32,000 nt of DNA from Pseudomonas aeruginosa (GTDB lineage Bacteria > Pseudomonadota > Gammaproteobacteria > Pseudomonadales > Pseudomonadaceae). Position 1 is the stretch's first letter. Each line of letters begins with the position of its first letter. Position numbers and translations under genes: made by a program. The notes beneath the pieces are model-generated. The model did not search any database. It saw only the letters and a list, made by a program, of their open reading frames with translations, and was not told the DNA's origin. The DNA is taken from positions 2,340,001 to 2,372,000 of the forward strand of contig NZ_LN831024.1 in the NCBI RefSeq assembly GCF_001457615.1, read 5' to 3'. Shown here piece by piece: positions 10,244-19,207 of the stretch.

Positions 10244-11839
10244 ATGAACGAAAGCGTCGCCAGGGTGTTCGATCGGATTCTACGGGGGCTCGGTTTGAAG
10301 ACCCTGAACGCCCAGTTCCTGCTGTCCTATGCACTGATGTTCGGCCTGGCCGCCTGCGCCTCGGTGGCGTTGTACCTGAGCATGTCGATCTCGCCGGAAA
10401 CCATCAACGTGGCCGGCGCGCAGCGCATGCTCAGCCAGAAGATGGCCCGCGAGGCGCTGCAATTGCGACTCGGCGCCGGCGACCCAAAGGCCCTGGCCGC
10501 GACCATCGCCCAGTACGAACGCTCGGCCGCCGACCTGGATGCGGGCAATGCCGAGCGCAACGTGAGCCGGATGGGCGCGCCGGAGATCGCCGCCCAGCGG
10601 CAGAAGGTGGCGCAGATCTGGGGCCGCTACCGGGCCATGCTCGACCAGGTGGCACAGCCTGCCAGCCAGGTCGATCTGCGCGGCTTCTCGCAGTATTCCA
10701 CCGAGCTGTTGGGCGAGCTGAACAACCTGGTCTCGCTGATGAGCGCGCGCGCCGACAGTGTCCAGCACACCCAGATGTGGATCGCCTTCGGTTGCCTGTT
10801 GGCGATCCTGGTGCTGGTGGTGCTCGGCCGGCAGTTCGGCCTGGCGCCGCTGATGCGGCAGTTGCGTGGGTTGGAAGTGGCGCTGACCGAGGTCGGCGCG
10901 GCGAACTTCACCCATGCCCTGGCGGCGGGCCATGCGGACAACGAGATCGGCCGCATCGTCGCTGGCTACGAGCGGATGCGCCAGGACGTCAGCGGTTTGC
11001 TGGCGAACGTCAAGCGCAGCGCGGCAGAGACCGACAAGGACGTGGCCGAGGCCCTGGAGCAGGCGCTCGGCGCCGGCGACCAGGTGGCGCGCCAGCACCA
11101 GGACCTGGACCAGGTGGCCACCGCGATGAACGAGATGAGCGCCACCGTGGCCGAGGTCGCCCGCCACGCCAACCATGCGGCGCACTCCACGCGCGACGCC
11201 GCGGCCCTGGCCCACGAGGGACGGCGTCTGGTGGAGCACGCCAGCAGCCAGACCGGTGCGTTGGCGGAGGAACTGGAGCAGACCGCCCTGGCGCTGAACA
11301 CCCTGCACCAGCATGCGGGCAGTGTCGGCCAGGTGCTTACGGTGATCAGCAGCATCGCCGAGCAGACCAACCTGCTGGCGCTCAATGCCGCCATCGAGGC
11401 GGCGCGGGCCGGGGAGGCCGGGCGCGGCTTCGCCGTGGTGGCGGACGAAGTGCGTTCGCTGGCCAACCGTACCCAGCAGTCGACCCAGGAGATCCAGGGG
11501 TTGATCGAGCAGTTGCAGGACGGCGCCAACGATGCGGTCGCCGCCATGCGCGGTAGCGCCAGCCATGCCCAGAGCAACCTCGTCGAGGCCGACAGCGCGG
11601 CCCAGGCGCTGGGGCGCATCGTCGCCACGGTGGAAGAACTGGACGGCCTCAACCAGCAGATCGCGACCGCCGCCGAGGAACAGAGCCAGGTGGCCCAGGA
11701 CATCGACCGCAACATCACCAACGTCTCCGGACTCTCCGAGCAGGCCCACGAAGGGACCGCCGCAGTGCTTTCGGCCAACCAGAGGGTCAAGGAGCACATG
11801 GCTGGCTTGCGCGTGGTGCTCGGTCGCTTCCGTACCTGA
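10244..11839 (+). CDS. mcpN: Methyl-accepting chemotaxis protein with PilJ-type ligand-binding domain (nitrate chemoreceptor McpN)
   Basis: 531 aa; [23 protein letters not shown] PilJ/NarX-type sensor motif; hairpin signalling core [42 protein letters not shown]. Symbol from recalled PA2788 identity. Confidence 0.9.
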   Translation: MNESVARVFDRILRGLGLKTLNAQFLLSYALMFGLAACASVALYLSMSISPETINVAGAQRMLSQKMAREALQLRLGAGDPKALAATIAQYERSAADLDAGNAERNVSRMGAPEIAAQRQKVAQIWGRYRAMLDQVAQPASQVDLRGFSQYSTELLGELNNLVSLMSARADSVQHTQMWIAFGCLLAILVLVVLGRQFGLAPLMRQLRGLEVALTEVGAANFTHALAAGHADNEIGRIVAGYERMRQDVSGLLANVKRSAAETDKDVAEALEQALGAGDQVARQHQDLDQVATAMNEMSATVAEVARHANHAAHSTRDAAALAHEGRRLVEHASSQTGALAEELEQTALALNTLHQHAGSVGQVLTVISSIAEQTNLLALNAAIEAARAGEAGRGFAVVADEVRSLANRTQQSTQEIQGLIEQLQDGANDAVAAMRGSASHAQSNLVEADSAAQALGRIVATVEELDGLNQQIATAAEEQSQVAQDIDRNITNVSGLSEQAHEGTAAVLSANQRVKEHMAGLRVVLGRFRT

Positions 11840-11860
11840 GGCTGGCTGCGGGCGTCGGCG

Positions 11861-13099
11861 CTAGTCGGCGGACAGCTCGCGGATCAGCGCCACCGTCAGG
11901 TACAGGCGGGGGGCGATGCTGGATAGTTCGAGGTATTCCGCCTCGCTGTGCAGGCCGGCGCCGACCACGCCGAGGGTTTCCAGCACCGCCGGTTTGTCGC
12001 TGCCGGGCACGTAGGCGTAGCCGGCGTCCGTGCCGAAGCGCATGGCGATCGGCTCGATGCGCTTGCCGATTCGGCCGTAGAGCGTCTGTGCGGTTTCCGC
12101 CAGGCGCTGCGAGGCGGGGTTCTTCACCAGAGGCGGACGACCCTTGTCGAGACGCAGACTGACTTCGGTATCGGCGACCAGGCGTTCGCCGGTCAGCTTC
12201 CGGGCGTCGGCCAGTACCCGCTCGCTCTCGGCCGGGTCCGAGTAGCGCATGTCGGCTTCCGCCGAAGCCTCGGCGGGAATGATGTTGCGCTTCTCGCCGC
12301 CCCTGGCGAGGGTCCAGTTCAGCGTGGTGCCTTTCGCCGGATCGCCGAGGTCCTTGAGACGCAGCAACTGGTGCGACAGTTCGAGAATGGCGTTGCGGCC
12401 TTGCTCGGGTGCCGAGCCGGCATGGGACGAGCGACCCTTCACCTCGAGCAGCAGGCCGTCGATGCCATTGGTGGCTACCGTCACTGCGTCCCGGTCCGGC
12501 GGCTCGTAGGAGAAGACGTAGTCCTGCTGCCGGGCCAGCTCGGCGATCAGTTGCTTCGAGCCGGCGGAGCCGGTCTCTTCGTCGGGATTGAACAGCACGG
12601 TGATCCGTCCGTAGTCCCTGAAGCCTTGCTGCCTGAGCAGCGCCAGGGCATGCAGCACCATCGCCACGCCGCCCTTGGCGTCGGCCACGCCGGGTCCGTA
12701 GGCGCGCTCCGCGTCCTCGCGGAACGGACGCTTCGCCGCGCTGCCGGCGGCGAACACGGTGTCGTAGTGAATCATCAGCAGGAAGCGCTTGCTGCCGGTG
12801 CCATCGAGGGTGGCCACCAGGTTGTCGCCGGCCGAGGGCGTCGCCGGTGCGCTGCGGACTTGCGCGCCGAGCGCCTGCAGGCGTTCGGCGAGCAGCGCGG
12901 ACAACTGGCCGAGGCCTTCGGCCTGGCCGGTACCGCTGTCCACCGCGACCAGTTGCCGGAGCGTGTCGAGGTAGGCCGGGCGTTCGGCTTCGGCCTGGCG
13001 CAGCAGCTCGGCGGCTGGCGTGTCGGCAGCGAAGGCGGCGGGCGAAAGCAGGAAGGCGAGGGCGAGCGGCAAGAGGCGGGGCAGGCGGCGGGCGTGCAC
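11861..13099 (-). CDS. cpg2: M20 family metallopeptidase, glutamate carboxypeptidase (carboxypeptidase G2-like)
   Basis: 412 aa with signal peptide; LLMIHYDTVFAAG, GPGVADAKGGVAMVLHAL, VLFNPDEETGSAGSK, GRSSHAGSAPEQGRNA metal-binding and M20 motifs. Confidence 0.9.
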   Translation of the reverse strand: MHARRLPRLLPLALAFLLSPAAFAADTPAAELLRQAEAERPAYLDTLRQLVAVDSGTGQAEGLGQLSALLAERLQALGAQVRSAPATPSAGDNLVATLDGTGSKRFLLMIHYDTVFAAGSAAKRPFREDAERAYGPGVADAKGGVAMVLHALALLRQQGFRDYGRITVLFNPDEETGSAGSKQLIAELARQQDYVFSYEPPDRDAVTVATNGIDGLLLEVKGRSSHAGSAPEQGRNAILELSHQLLRLKDLGDPAKGTTLNWTLARGGEKRNIIPAEASAEADMRYSDPAESERVLADARKLTGERLVADTEVSLRLDKGRPPLVKNPASQRLAETAQTLYGRIGKRIEPIAMRFGTDAGYAYVPGSDKPAVLETLGVVGAGLHSEAEYLELSSIAPRLYLTVALIRELSAD

Positions 13100-13165
13100 G
13101 GAAGGTCCTCGTCTGGCGGGCGGAGGCGGCGCGGTTGTGCGCCGCGGTATCCGATTGACCTTAGG

Positions 13166-13633
13166 TCATGAGACGGTTTCCGCCAGCAGCGCCTCGACCT
13201 TGCGCCGCAATTCTTCCAGCAGGGCTCGTTCCTCGGCCGAATAGTCGCGCGGTCGGCTGTCGAGTACGCAGACGGTGCCGTACGGGGTGCCGTCGGGCGC
13301 ATGAACCGGATAGCCAAGGTAGTTGCTCAGGCCGAACTCGACTTCATCCTCGTTGCCGGCCCATTCCGTCTCCTGGCGCGAGTCGCGCACGTGCAACGGG
13401 GCGTCGCGGTCGACCACGCGTTCGCAGTAGAGGGGTTTGGCGCCGTCTTCATGGACGCTCTTGCGGCCTTCGGCGCCGATCGGGTAGGTGTCCTCTAGGC
13501 GTCCGGCGGAGGCCTCGACGCGCATGTGCCGGGGCAGGGAACGCATGATCAGCACCGACGGCACGTCGAGCCGGCGGGCCAGTGCGTCGATATCCCGGCG
13601 CAGGGATTCGAATCGTTCGGAGGATTTCGCCAT
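13166..13633 (-). CDS. GAF-domain protein
   Basis: 155 aa; EFGLSNYLGYPVHAPDGTPYGTVCVLDSRPRDYSAEERALLEELRRKVEALL matches the C-terminal half of a GAF domain. Confidence 0.82.
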   Translation of the reverse strand: MAKSSERFESLRRDIDALARRLDVPSVLIMRSLPRHMRVEASAGRLEDTYPIGAEGRKSVHEDGAKPLYCERVVDRDAPLHVRDSRQETEWAGNEDEVEFGLSNYLGYPVHAPDGTPYGTVCVLDSRPRDYSAEERALLEELRRKVEALLAETVS

Positions 13634-13747
13634 GCCCGGCCTCGCCCATGTCTGGTGGATGAACCGCGACTGTAGCGGCGAAAGGGGGCTTGGCCTAAAT
13701 ACCCTTTGGTGCGCTCCCCCTCGCTCGAGCGCATAAGCGCCCGGCTG

Positions 13748-13966
13748 TCACTCCTCGGTCGGGCCGGGCAGGTACTCCAGCAGGTCTCCCGGTTGGCACG
13801 CCAGGTAGGCGCAGATGGCCTCCAGGGTAGCGAGGCGAATGCCCTTTACCTTGCCCTGCTTGAGCAGCGACAGGTTCTGTTCGGTGATGCCGATGGCCTG
13901 GGCCAGGTCCTTGGACCTGGCCTTGCGCAGGGCGAGCATGACGTCCAGCCTGATTTCGATGGGCAT
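13748..13966 (-). CDS. Small XRE/Cro-type HTH regulator (YozG-like)
   Basis: MPIEIRLDVMLALRKARSKDLAQAIGITEQNLSLLKQGKVKGIRLATLEAICAYLACQPGDLLEY, 72 aa. A complete HTH of the type associated with DUF2975 genes. Confidence 0.88.
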   Translation of the reverse strand: MPIEIRLDVMLALRKARSKDLAQAIGITEQNLSLLKQGKVKGIRLATLEAICAYLACQPGDLLEYLPGPTEE

Positions 13967-13974
13967 GGCGGACC

Positions 13975-14532
13975 TCAGACGAACTGGCGGTTTTCCTCGG
14001 CGAGCAGGGCGGCCTTGCGCTGGATGCGCGCGATCACCATCACCGAGGCGGCGGCGAACAGGCTGACCAGTTCCGCCGAACCGAAGCTGAGACTGACGAT
14101 GCGTTGCCCCTGGGGTTGGAGGAAGGTGACCCAGACTGTCAGCAGCGGTTCCAGCAGGAAGTTCGCCAGCACCCAGCAAGCCAGGCACAGGCCGACCTTG
14201 CCGAGCAGCGCCGCGGCGTCTTCGCAGAAATACTCGCCGCGCCCGTAGTGCTGGAACAGCCTTCGCAGCGCCTGCAGTCCACTGGCCAGGACCAGCAGCG
14301 GCAGGCTCGACAGGAGGATGCCGCCGAGGGCCTGCCAGAGCGGCATGTCCCGCGCCACAACGCCGAGGTCGCCGGCGACACCGGTGGCGGTGAGAGCGAA
14401 ACCGAGGCCGTGCTCGCTGGCAAGGTCGGGGAAGATCCAGCACGCGGCGTTGAGCAGCAGCATGCCGGCGATCAACAGCAGGGTCAGGGTAGCCATCAGG
14501 CGGCTGTAGCCGGCCAGGCGGTCGCTTGTCAT
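13975..14532 (-). CDS. DUF2975-like multi-pass membrane protein
   Basis: 185 aa, four hydrophobic segments; immediately upstream of and same strand as the small XRE regulator. Confidence 0.8.
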   Translation of the reverse strand: MTSDRLAGYSRLMATLTLLLIAGMLLLNAACWIFPDLASEHGLGFALTATGVAGDLGVVARDMPLWQALGGILLSSLPLLVLASGLQALRRLFQHYGRGEYFCEDAAALLGKVGLCLACWVLANFLLEPLLTVWVTFLQPQGQRIVSLSFGSAELVSLFAAASVMVIARIQRKAALLAEENRQFV

Positions 14533-14604
14533 CGGGGGTACTCCTGGGAAGGTGGGCAGGCCCCTCGGAAACGAGGGAAACCGAAGTGATCATAGTTTAA
14601 TAAT

Positions 14605-14627
14605 AAATTATCGTAAAACGATAATTT
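14605..14627. promoter_or_regulatory. Candidate operator of the DUF2975/XRE operon
   Basis: Perfect inverted repeat AAATTATCG-TAAAA-CGATAATTT. On the minus strand it overlaps a TTGAAA -35-like box at 14625-14630, followed by an AT-rich stretch. Confidence 0.72.
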
Positions 14628-14660
14628 CAAGATCGCTGCATCCGGCCTGGAGCGCTCCGC

Positions 14661-14696
14661 AAAATCCCCCCCGTGCCTGCCGGGGGCACGGAGGGG
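14661..14696 (-). terminator. Rho-independent terminator-like hairpin downstream of mep72
   Basis: Minus strand CCGTGCC-CCCGGCA-GGCACGG followed by GGGGGATTTT; directly 3' of the 14704 stop. Confidence 0.6.
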
Positions 14697-14703
14697 AAGC
14701 GTC

Positions 14704-16503
14704 CTACTTCTGCAGCAACTGGACGTTGTCGATGAACATCGACTCCTGCTGGTTACCGCTGAGGATCATCAGTTCAGCACGCTTGATCGGCCCCTTCGGC
14801 AATTGCACCTGGCCGCGCAGGCTGGCCCAGCGGCCATTCTCGACCACCTTGTAGCCCAGGGGCAGGTATTCGCCGGGCCGACCCTGGCTTTCCAGGTAGA
14901 GGTAGGCATAGGTCATGGCCTGCGAGCCGCGACCGTCGCCGACCCGCACGTCCGCGCTGAACGCGTAGGTCCGGCCTGCTTCCAGGTTGCCCAGCAGGCT
15001 GGTGCTCGCGCCGGTGCCGGCGTAGCGCCGCTGGTAGGCTTCCAGGGCCAGCCGCCCGGCGCTGGCGACGCGCGTGGCGCGGGTGCTGGCATGCACACCG
15101 CTCCAGCCGCCGATGCCGCTCTCGAAGTCGTAGGCGATGCGTTTCGGCGCCGGCGGTACGCTCGGCGGCGCGGACTGGGCTTCCTGCAGGTTCATCTCGT
15201 CGACCAGCAGGCTGGCGCCGCTGTCGCTCCAGACCGCCACGTAGAGGTTGCGCTGGTCGGCGGCGGGACGGTAGTCGAAGGTCTTCTCCAGGCGACTGAA
15301 CTCGTTGCCGCTGACCGACAGTTCGACGCTCTGCGCCGGGTTGTAGGCCAGGGCGCCATCGGCGCGTTCGCTGAGCAGCGCCATGCGCACGGTTTCACGG
15401 GTATTGGCGGCCTTGAGCATGACCTTGCCGCTCAGCCGGTAGCCGCTGCCGGCGCGCAGGGGGGCAATGGGGCGGACCAGCAGATCGAAGCCACGCACGT
15501 CGACCAGCAAGGCATTGTCGCGGCAGCCCTTGGCGACGTTCACCAGGCTCAGCTGGGCGTTGCCGGACCATGCGCGCCAGCCTTCCATGCTGGCGAACTC
15601 GCCATCGCCGAGCAGGCCGCCGAGCTTGGCTTTCGTGCACCATGGCAGGTCCGGCGGGGTCGGCGTGTCGCCGCCGGAGCCCGGGTTGACCGTGCCGGGT
15701 ACCTTGGTCGGGCGAAAGTCGGCGATCTGCGTGGCCATGCTGTTCAGCGCGCGTACGGCGTCGGCGTGTTCTTCGCGACCGCAGGGCTGGTTGGCGCATT
15801 CGGCGTTGACCAGGCGCGGGTTGGCGAAGAACGGTGCCTGCTTGTTGGTGCCGAAGGCATGCGGGTAGGCCATCACGGTGGCGAAGCGCCCCTGCACGCC
15901 GTAGCCGCGGCTCCATTCGTAGGTGCCGCTGTGGGCGTAGCGCGGATCGTAGTAGCTGGACTCCAGGTCCTGCTCGTAGGAGTGGCGCAGGCCCATGTTG
16001 TGGCCGGCTTCATGGGCGAAGGTGTTGAGCCCGCAGTCGACCCCGGTGAGGTTGTAGGCAATGTCCTTGGCGTTGCCGTGGAAGCGCCCGCTGTTCTTAT
16101 CGCCCGAGCCCATGTAGCCGATGCCGCAGGTGATGTAGCCGTTGCCGCTGTTCTGCGAGCGGTTGACCAGGCTGACCAGGTCGGCGCCGTACTGCTCGCG
16201 CAGGCGCTGCACCTGCGGGTCGCGCATGAAGCGATCGAGGTTGGTGCCGGTCACCGTCGGGTAGTCGGCCCAGTCCAGGCGCTGCTTGTGCACCAGACGC
16301 AGGCGCAGGTTGACGCCGCTCTTCTCGTAGGCGGTGTTGGCGAACTCGATGTAGCTGGCGATCCGCGCATCGATGTCGCGGCCATTTGCGGTCTGGGTCG
16401 CCGCGGGGGTGTAGAGGACCATGATGTCGACGGTCTTCGGCGCGGCCTGGGCGGCAGAGGCTACCGCCAGGGCTAGGGTGGAGCAGAGCAGGGATTTCTT
16501 CAT
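14704..16503 (-). CDS. mep72: Secreted zinc metalloprotease Mep72 (reprolysin-like domain, carbohydrate-binding-like C-terminal modules)
   Basis: MKKSLLCSTLALAVASAAQAAPKTVDIMVLYTPAA...; zinc motif TFAHEAGHNMGLRHSY; two tandem jelly-roll-like modules ending FESGIGGWSGVHAS...MILSGNQQESMFIDNVQLLQK. Confidence 0.93.
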   Translation of the reverse strand: MKKSLLCSTLALAVASAAQAAPKTVDIMVLYTPAATQTANGRDIDARIASYIEFANTAYEKSGVNLRLRLVHKQRLDWADYPTVTGTNLDRFMRDPQVQRLREQYGADLVSLVNRSQNSGNGYITCGIGYMGSGDKNSGRFHGNAKDIAYNLTGVDCGLNTFAHEAGHNMGLRHSYEQDLESSYYDPRYAHSGTYEWSRGYGVQGRFATVMAYPHAFGTNKQAPFFANPRLVNAECANQPCGREEHADAVRALNSMATQIADFRPTKVPGTVNPGSGGDTPTPPDLPWCTKAKLGGLLGDGEFASMEGWRAWSGNAQLSLVNVAKGCRDNALLVDVRGFDLLVRPIAPLRAGSGYRLSGKVMLKAANTRETVRMALLSERADGALAYNPAQSVELSVSGNEFSRLEKTFDYRPAADQRNLYVAVWSDSGASLLVDEMNLQEAQSAPPSVPPAPKRIAYDFESGIGGWSGVHASTRATRVASAGRLALEAYQRRYAGTGASTSLLGNLEAGRTYAFSADVRVGDGRGSQAMTYAYLYLESQGRPGEYLPLGYKVVENGRWASLRGQVQLPKGPIKRAELMILSGNQQESMFIDNVQLLQK

Positions 16504-16580
16504 GGGTTGCCTGTGTTCGGACAATAGGAAGCCATGGCGCCCCGAGGGCACCGCTGGGGAAACATGCTGGGAAGGTGGGC

Positions 16581-17240
16581 TCAGCCCTGGGCGGGCGGCG
16601 GCATCGGTGGCAGCTCGGCGAGCGGCGCGTCGACATGATCGCCATGCGGGTCGCTACGCGCGGCGATGTCGTTCTCGTCGATCACCCGGGTCTTGCCGCT
16701 GCGGTTGTCGACGATGATCGAGTAGCTGCCGTCGAGGGTGGCGACATTGATGTGGGTTTCCAGGCTGCCGCGCACCACGGTCAGGCTTTCCGCCTCGTCG
16801 CCGTCCACCAGGCCGCCGCGCCAGACCGGCAGGCCGGCGCTGTTATGGGTGCTGGCGAGGCGTGCCTGCAAGGGCCGCTCGCGACCCGGCAGGCTCATTT
16901 CCAGCACCTGGCCGAGCGCCAGCGTGTCGAGCAGGGCGGGTTCGACCTGCGCCAGGTATTCGGGAATGCCCTGGGCGCCTTCGCGGCTGCGCAGTTCGCC
17001 TTGCCAGAGCGTCACCCGCTCGCGTGGCGCGGGCGTCGTGACGGGGGTCGGGGCGAGCATGCGGGTAGCGTCCGCCGCCGGCGCCGCGAGCGCCGCTGTC
17101 GGGGCGGCGGCTGCCTGGGCGGCGGGGGACTGGCGGGCCTGCGGCGATGCCTCGGGCGGAGCCGGGTCGAGCAGCCAGCCGCCGATCAGCGCACCGCCGA
17201 TGGCGGCGGCCGAGGCTGCGTAGATCCATGTCTTGGCCAC
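16581..17240 (-). CDS. bamI: BamI, Mep72 partner/inhibitor
   Basis: GTG at 17240 preceded by AGAGGAG: MAKTWIYAASAAAIGGALIGGWLLDPAPP..., about 219 aa, adjacent to and same strand as mep72. Symbol from recalled PA2782 identity. Confidence 0.85.
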   Translation of the reverse strand: MAKTWIYAASAAAIGGALIGGWLLDPAPPEASPQARQSPAAQAAAAPTAALAAPAADATRMLAPTPVTTPAPRERVTLWQGELRSREGAQGIPEYLAQVEPALLDTLALGQVLEMSLPGRERPLQARLASTHNSAGLPVWRGGLVDGDEAESLTVVRGSLETHINVATLDGSYSIIVDNRSGKTRVIDENDIAARSDPHGDHVDAPLAELPPMPPPAQG

Positions 17241-17454
17241 GTTGTTTCTCCTCTGAGTGAACGTGGCGCGGAGTCTAGGAAGAAGCCTCTCCCAGCGTGG
17301 CGGCAACCGTTCACATTTGCGCCAGGCCGCGCGCCGGCGTGACGAAACTGCGAATCAGGCCGGAGCGCTGCGGGCGCCAGGTCACGTGCGCTCTGTGCGC
17401 TGCGGCAAGGCTGGCGTTCGGCCGCCATGCTGTTCGCGGCGGAAGGCTTCGGCG

Positions 17455-17690
17455 CACCTGGCCGTCCTCGCGCTTGAAGAACTGGACGAAGTTGCTCGGC
17501 TCGTCGAAGCCGATGCCATCGTCTACGGCAGCCCCACCTATATGGGCGGACCGGCCTGGCAGTTCAAGAAGTTCGCCGATGCCACCTCAAAGCCCTGGTT
17601 CGTCCAGCTGGCTTCGCTGACGCCTCGCGCCGGCTATGGGGTGTCGTCATCCCGGCCGACGGTGGCATGTTCGCTCATCTCCAGGCAACC
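17455..17690 (+). pseudogene. Fragment of an NAD(P)H:quinone oxidoreductase/flavodoxin-like (WrbA-type) gene
   Basis: Open frame encodes LDEVARLVEADAIVYGSPTYMGGPAWQFKKFADATSKPWF, a typical WrbA/flavodoxin middle segment. Expected N- and C-terminal parts are missing. Confidence 0.6.
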
Positions 17691-17718
17691 CGGTACGGCC
17701 TCTAGCCGCGCCGGGGCC

Positions 17719-18060
17719 TCAGCCTCGCGCCAGTTGCAGGAGACGGGCGCGCTCCTGCATCAGCGGCCGGCAACTGCGGATGCCTTCGACGATGCTGTAG
17801 AGGCTTTCGATCTGCTGCTGGCTGAGGCTGTTGTTCTGGGCCCAGCCGAGCAACTGCAGCCAGGTCCAGCGGGCGATGGTCTCGCTCTGCGTCTCGGCCT
17901 TCCTGCGGTCGTCCCCGTCGCTCTGTCCGACCAGGGTCTCCACCAGCCCCGAGGCGCACAACGGCAGCAGCTCCCGGTACTGCTCCGGGTGCGTGTCGCG
18001 TAGGCGACGCAGGGCCATTATGGCGGTGGTTATCGAGTCTGAATCCAAGCTTTTGTTCAC
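17719..18060 (-). CDS. Conserved hypothetical protein, translationally overlapping bswR
   Basis: 113 aa MNKSLDSDSITTAIMALRRLRDTHPEQYRELLPLCASG...; ATG overlaps the bswR stop (18057-18060). Confidence 0.8.
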   Translation of the reverse strand: MNKSLDSDSITTAIMALRRLRDTHPEQYRELLPLCASGLVETLVGQSDGDDRRKAETQSETIARWTWLQLLGWAQNNSLSQQQIESLYSIVEGIRSCRPLMQERARLLQLARG

Positions 18061-18401
18061 AGTTCACTCCTTGTGCGTACAGGCTGGCGGCTGGTTGATC
18101 CCTGGGCCGCGAGCAACTGTTCGATGAAACGCGTCAGCTCTTTCTTGAACTCGGGTGTCAGGCTGGACACCTTGAGGATGAGCTCGGCCAGCTCGTCCTC
18201 GGGGCAATAGAGGTAGGCCATGGGGACCTGGAGGACCATGGCCAGCTGTTCGGAAGTCCGCATGTTGGGGGAGTGCCGTTCGCGTTCGTATTGGTTCATC
18301 CGTGCGCTGGCGGAAAACTCGTCCATTCCCACCAGCATGCCCAACTGTTTCTGCGAGTATCCCGCTCTGATTCTTGCGGCTTTTAGCCGGGTACCTAGCA
18401 T
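18057..18401 (-). CDS. bswR: XRE-family transcriptional regulator BswR (swarming regulator)
   Basis: MLGTRLKAARIRAGYSQKQLGMLVGMDEFSASARMNQYERERHSPNMRTSEQLAMVLQVPMAYLYCPEDELAELI; complete HTH_3. Symbol from recalled PA2780 identity. Confidence 0.85.
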   Translation of the reverse strand: MLGTRLKAARIRAGYSQKQLGMLVGMDEFSASARMNQYERERHSPNMRTSEQLAMVLQVPMAYLYCPEDELAELILKVSSLTPEFKKELTRFIEQLLAAQGSTSRQPVRTRSEL

Positions 18402-18808
18402 CCATACAACTCCCGTCCCGTTGGCCCGCTCGCTCAAGGTTGGGCAAATCTGGACAAGATGGAAGCTCAGGAATCCTTAGTTTTCGCCGTGCCGGAGGCT
18501 CTGTCGTCCGGGGCGGCGCGCGGTTTCGACGCCGTGTACGAGGCTGCGGCGGGGATATGCGTCGATGTCGCCGAGATCGCGCATGCTCCGGTTTTCTCGC
18601 GGCGAGCCGGAGTATATGCGAATTGCATAAAGGCGGACGCCGTTTCGTCGCCTGGGGGCGGCGGGTCGTCGTCTCGCCAGAGGGGCGGGCATCGGCGCCG
18701 AGGCGGCGGAAAACGGCGATCGGGACGATACTCAGGAAAGGTGGGCGTTGCGGAACCAAGCCTCGCCTTCCAGGACTAATAGCCGGGTTTCACGCAGAGG
18801 TCATTCCC

Positions 18809-19207
18809 ATGAGAACAACAACAAGCATCCGCCGTGTCGCTGCCGTCCTGGCAGCGCTGCACCTGCTCACCTTCGCCGAGGTTCCGCTCGCCCAGGCAGC
18901 GATGATCGGTACTGCGGAAGTCATGCAGCAACAACAGCACAACCTCGATCGCCAGCAACTGCTGAAGATGCTCGACGACCAGGGCGTCCAGAAGAAGCTG
19001 GAGGCCATGGGCGTGCCCCGCGACCAGGTGGCGAGTCGCATCAACAGCCTGACCAACGCCGAGCTGGCGCAGTTCAACCAGCAGCTGGACCAGGCGCCGG
19101 CGGGCGGCATCATCGGCATCATCGTGTTGTTCCTGGTGATCTTCATCATCACCGACATGCTTTGCGCCACGGATATCTTCAGCTTCATCAAATGCATCAA
19201 TCGGTGA
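18809..19207 (+). CDS. PA2779-family small secreted/membrane protein
   Basis: 132 aa: signal peptide MRTTTSIRRVAAVLAALHLLTFAEVPLAQA, Gln-rich helical region, then PAGGIIGIIVLFLVIFIITDMLCATDIFSFIKCINR. Confidence 0.88.
   Translation: MRTTTSIRRVAAVLAALHLLTFAEVPLAQAAMIGTAEVMQQQQHNLDRQQLLKMLDDQGVQKKLEAMGVPRDQVASRINSLTNAELAQFNQQLDQAPAGGIIGIIVLFLVIFIITDMLCATDIFSFIKCINR

Noticed and set aside
10280-11797. 505-aa minus-strand ORF opposite mcpN
   Set aside because: Antisense shadow of a clear chemoreceptor gene, no recognisable domain.
14803-16476. 557-aa plus-strand ORF antisense to mep72
   Set aside because: A mirror ORF caused by high GC in third codon positions. The minus-strand product is a well-recognised metalloprotease, and the antisense translation is low-complexity with no motif.
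18437-18780. Several overlapping ORFs on both strands between bswR and the 18809 gene
   Set aside because: Arg/Pro-rich translations without motifs or ribosome sites; more likely an intergenic regulatory region.
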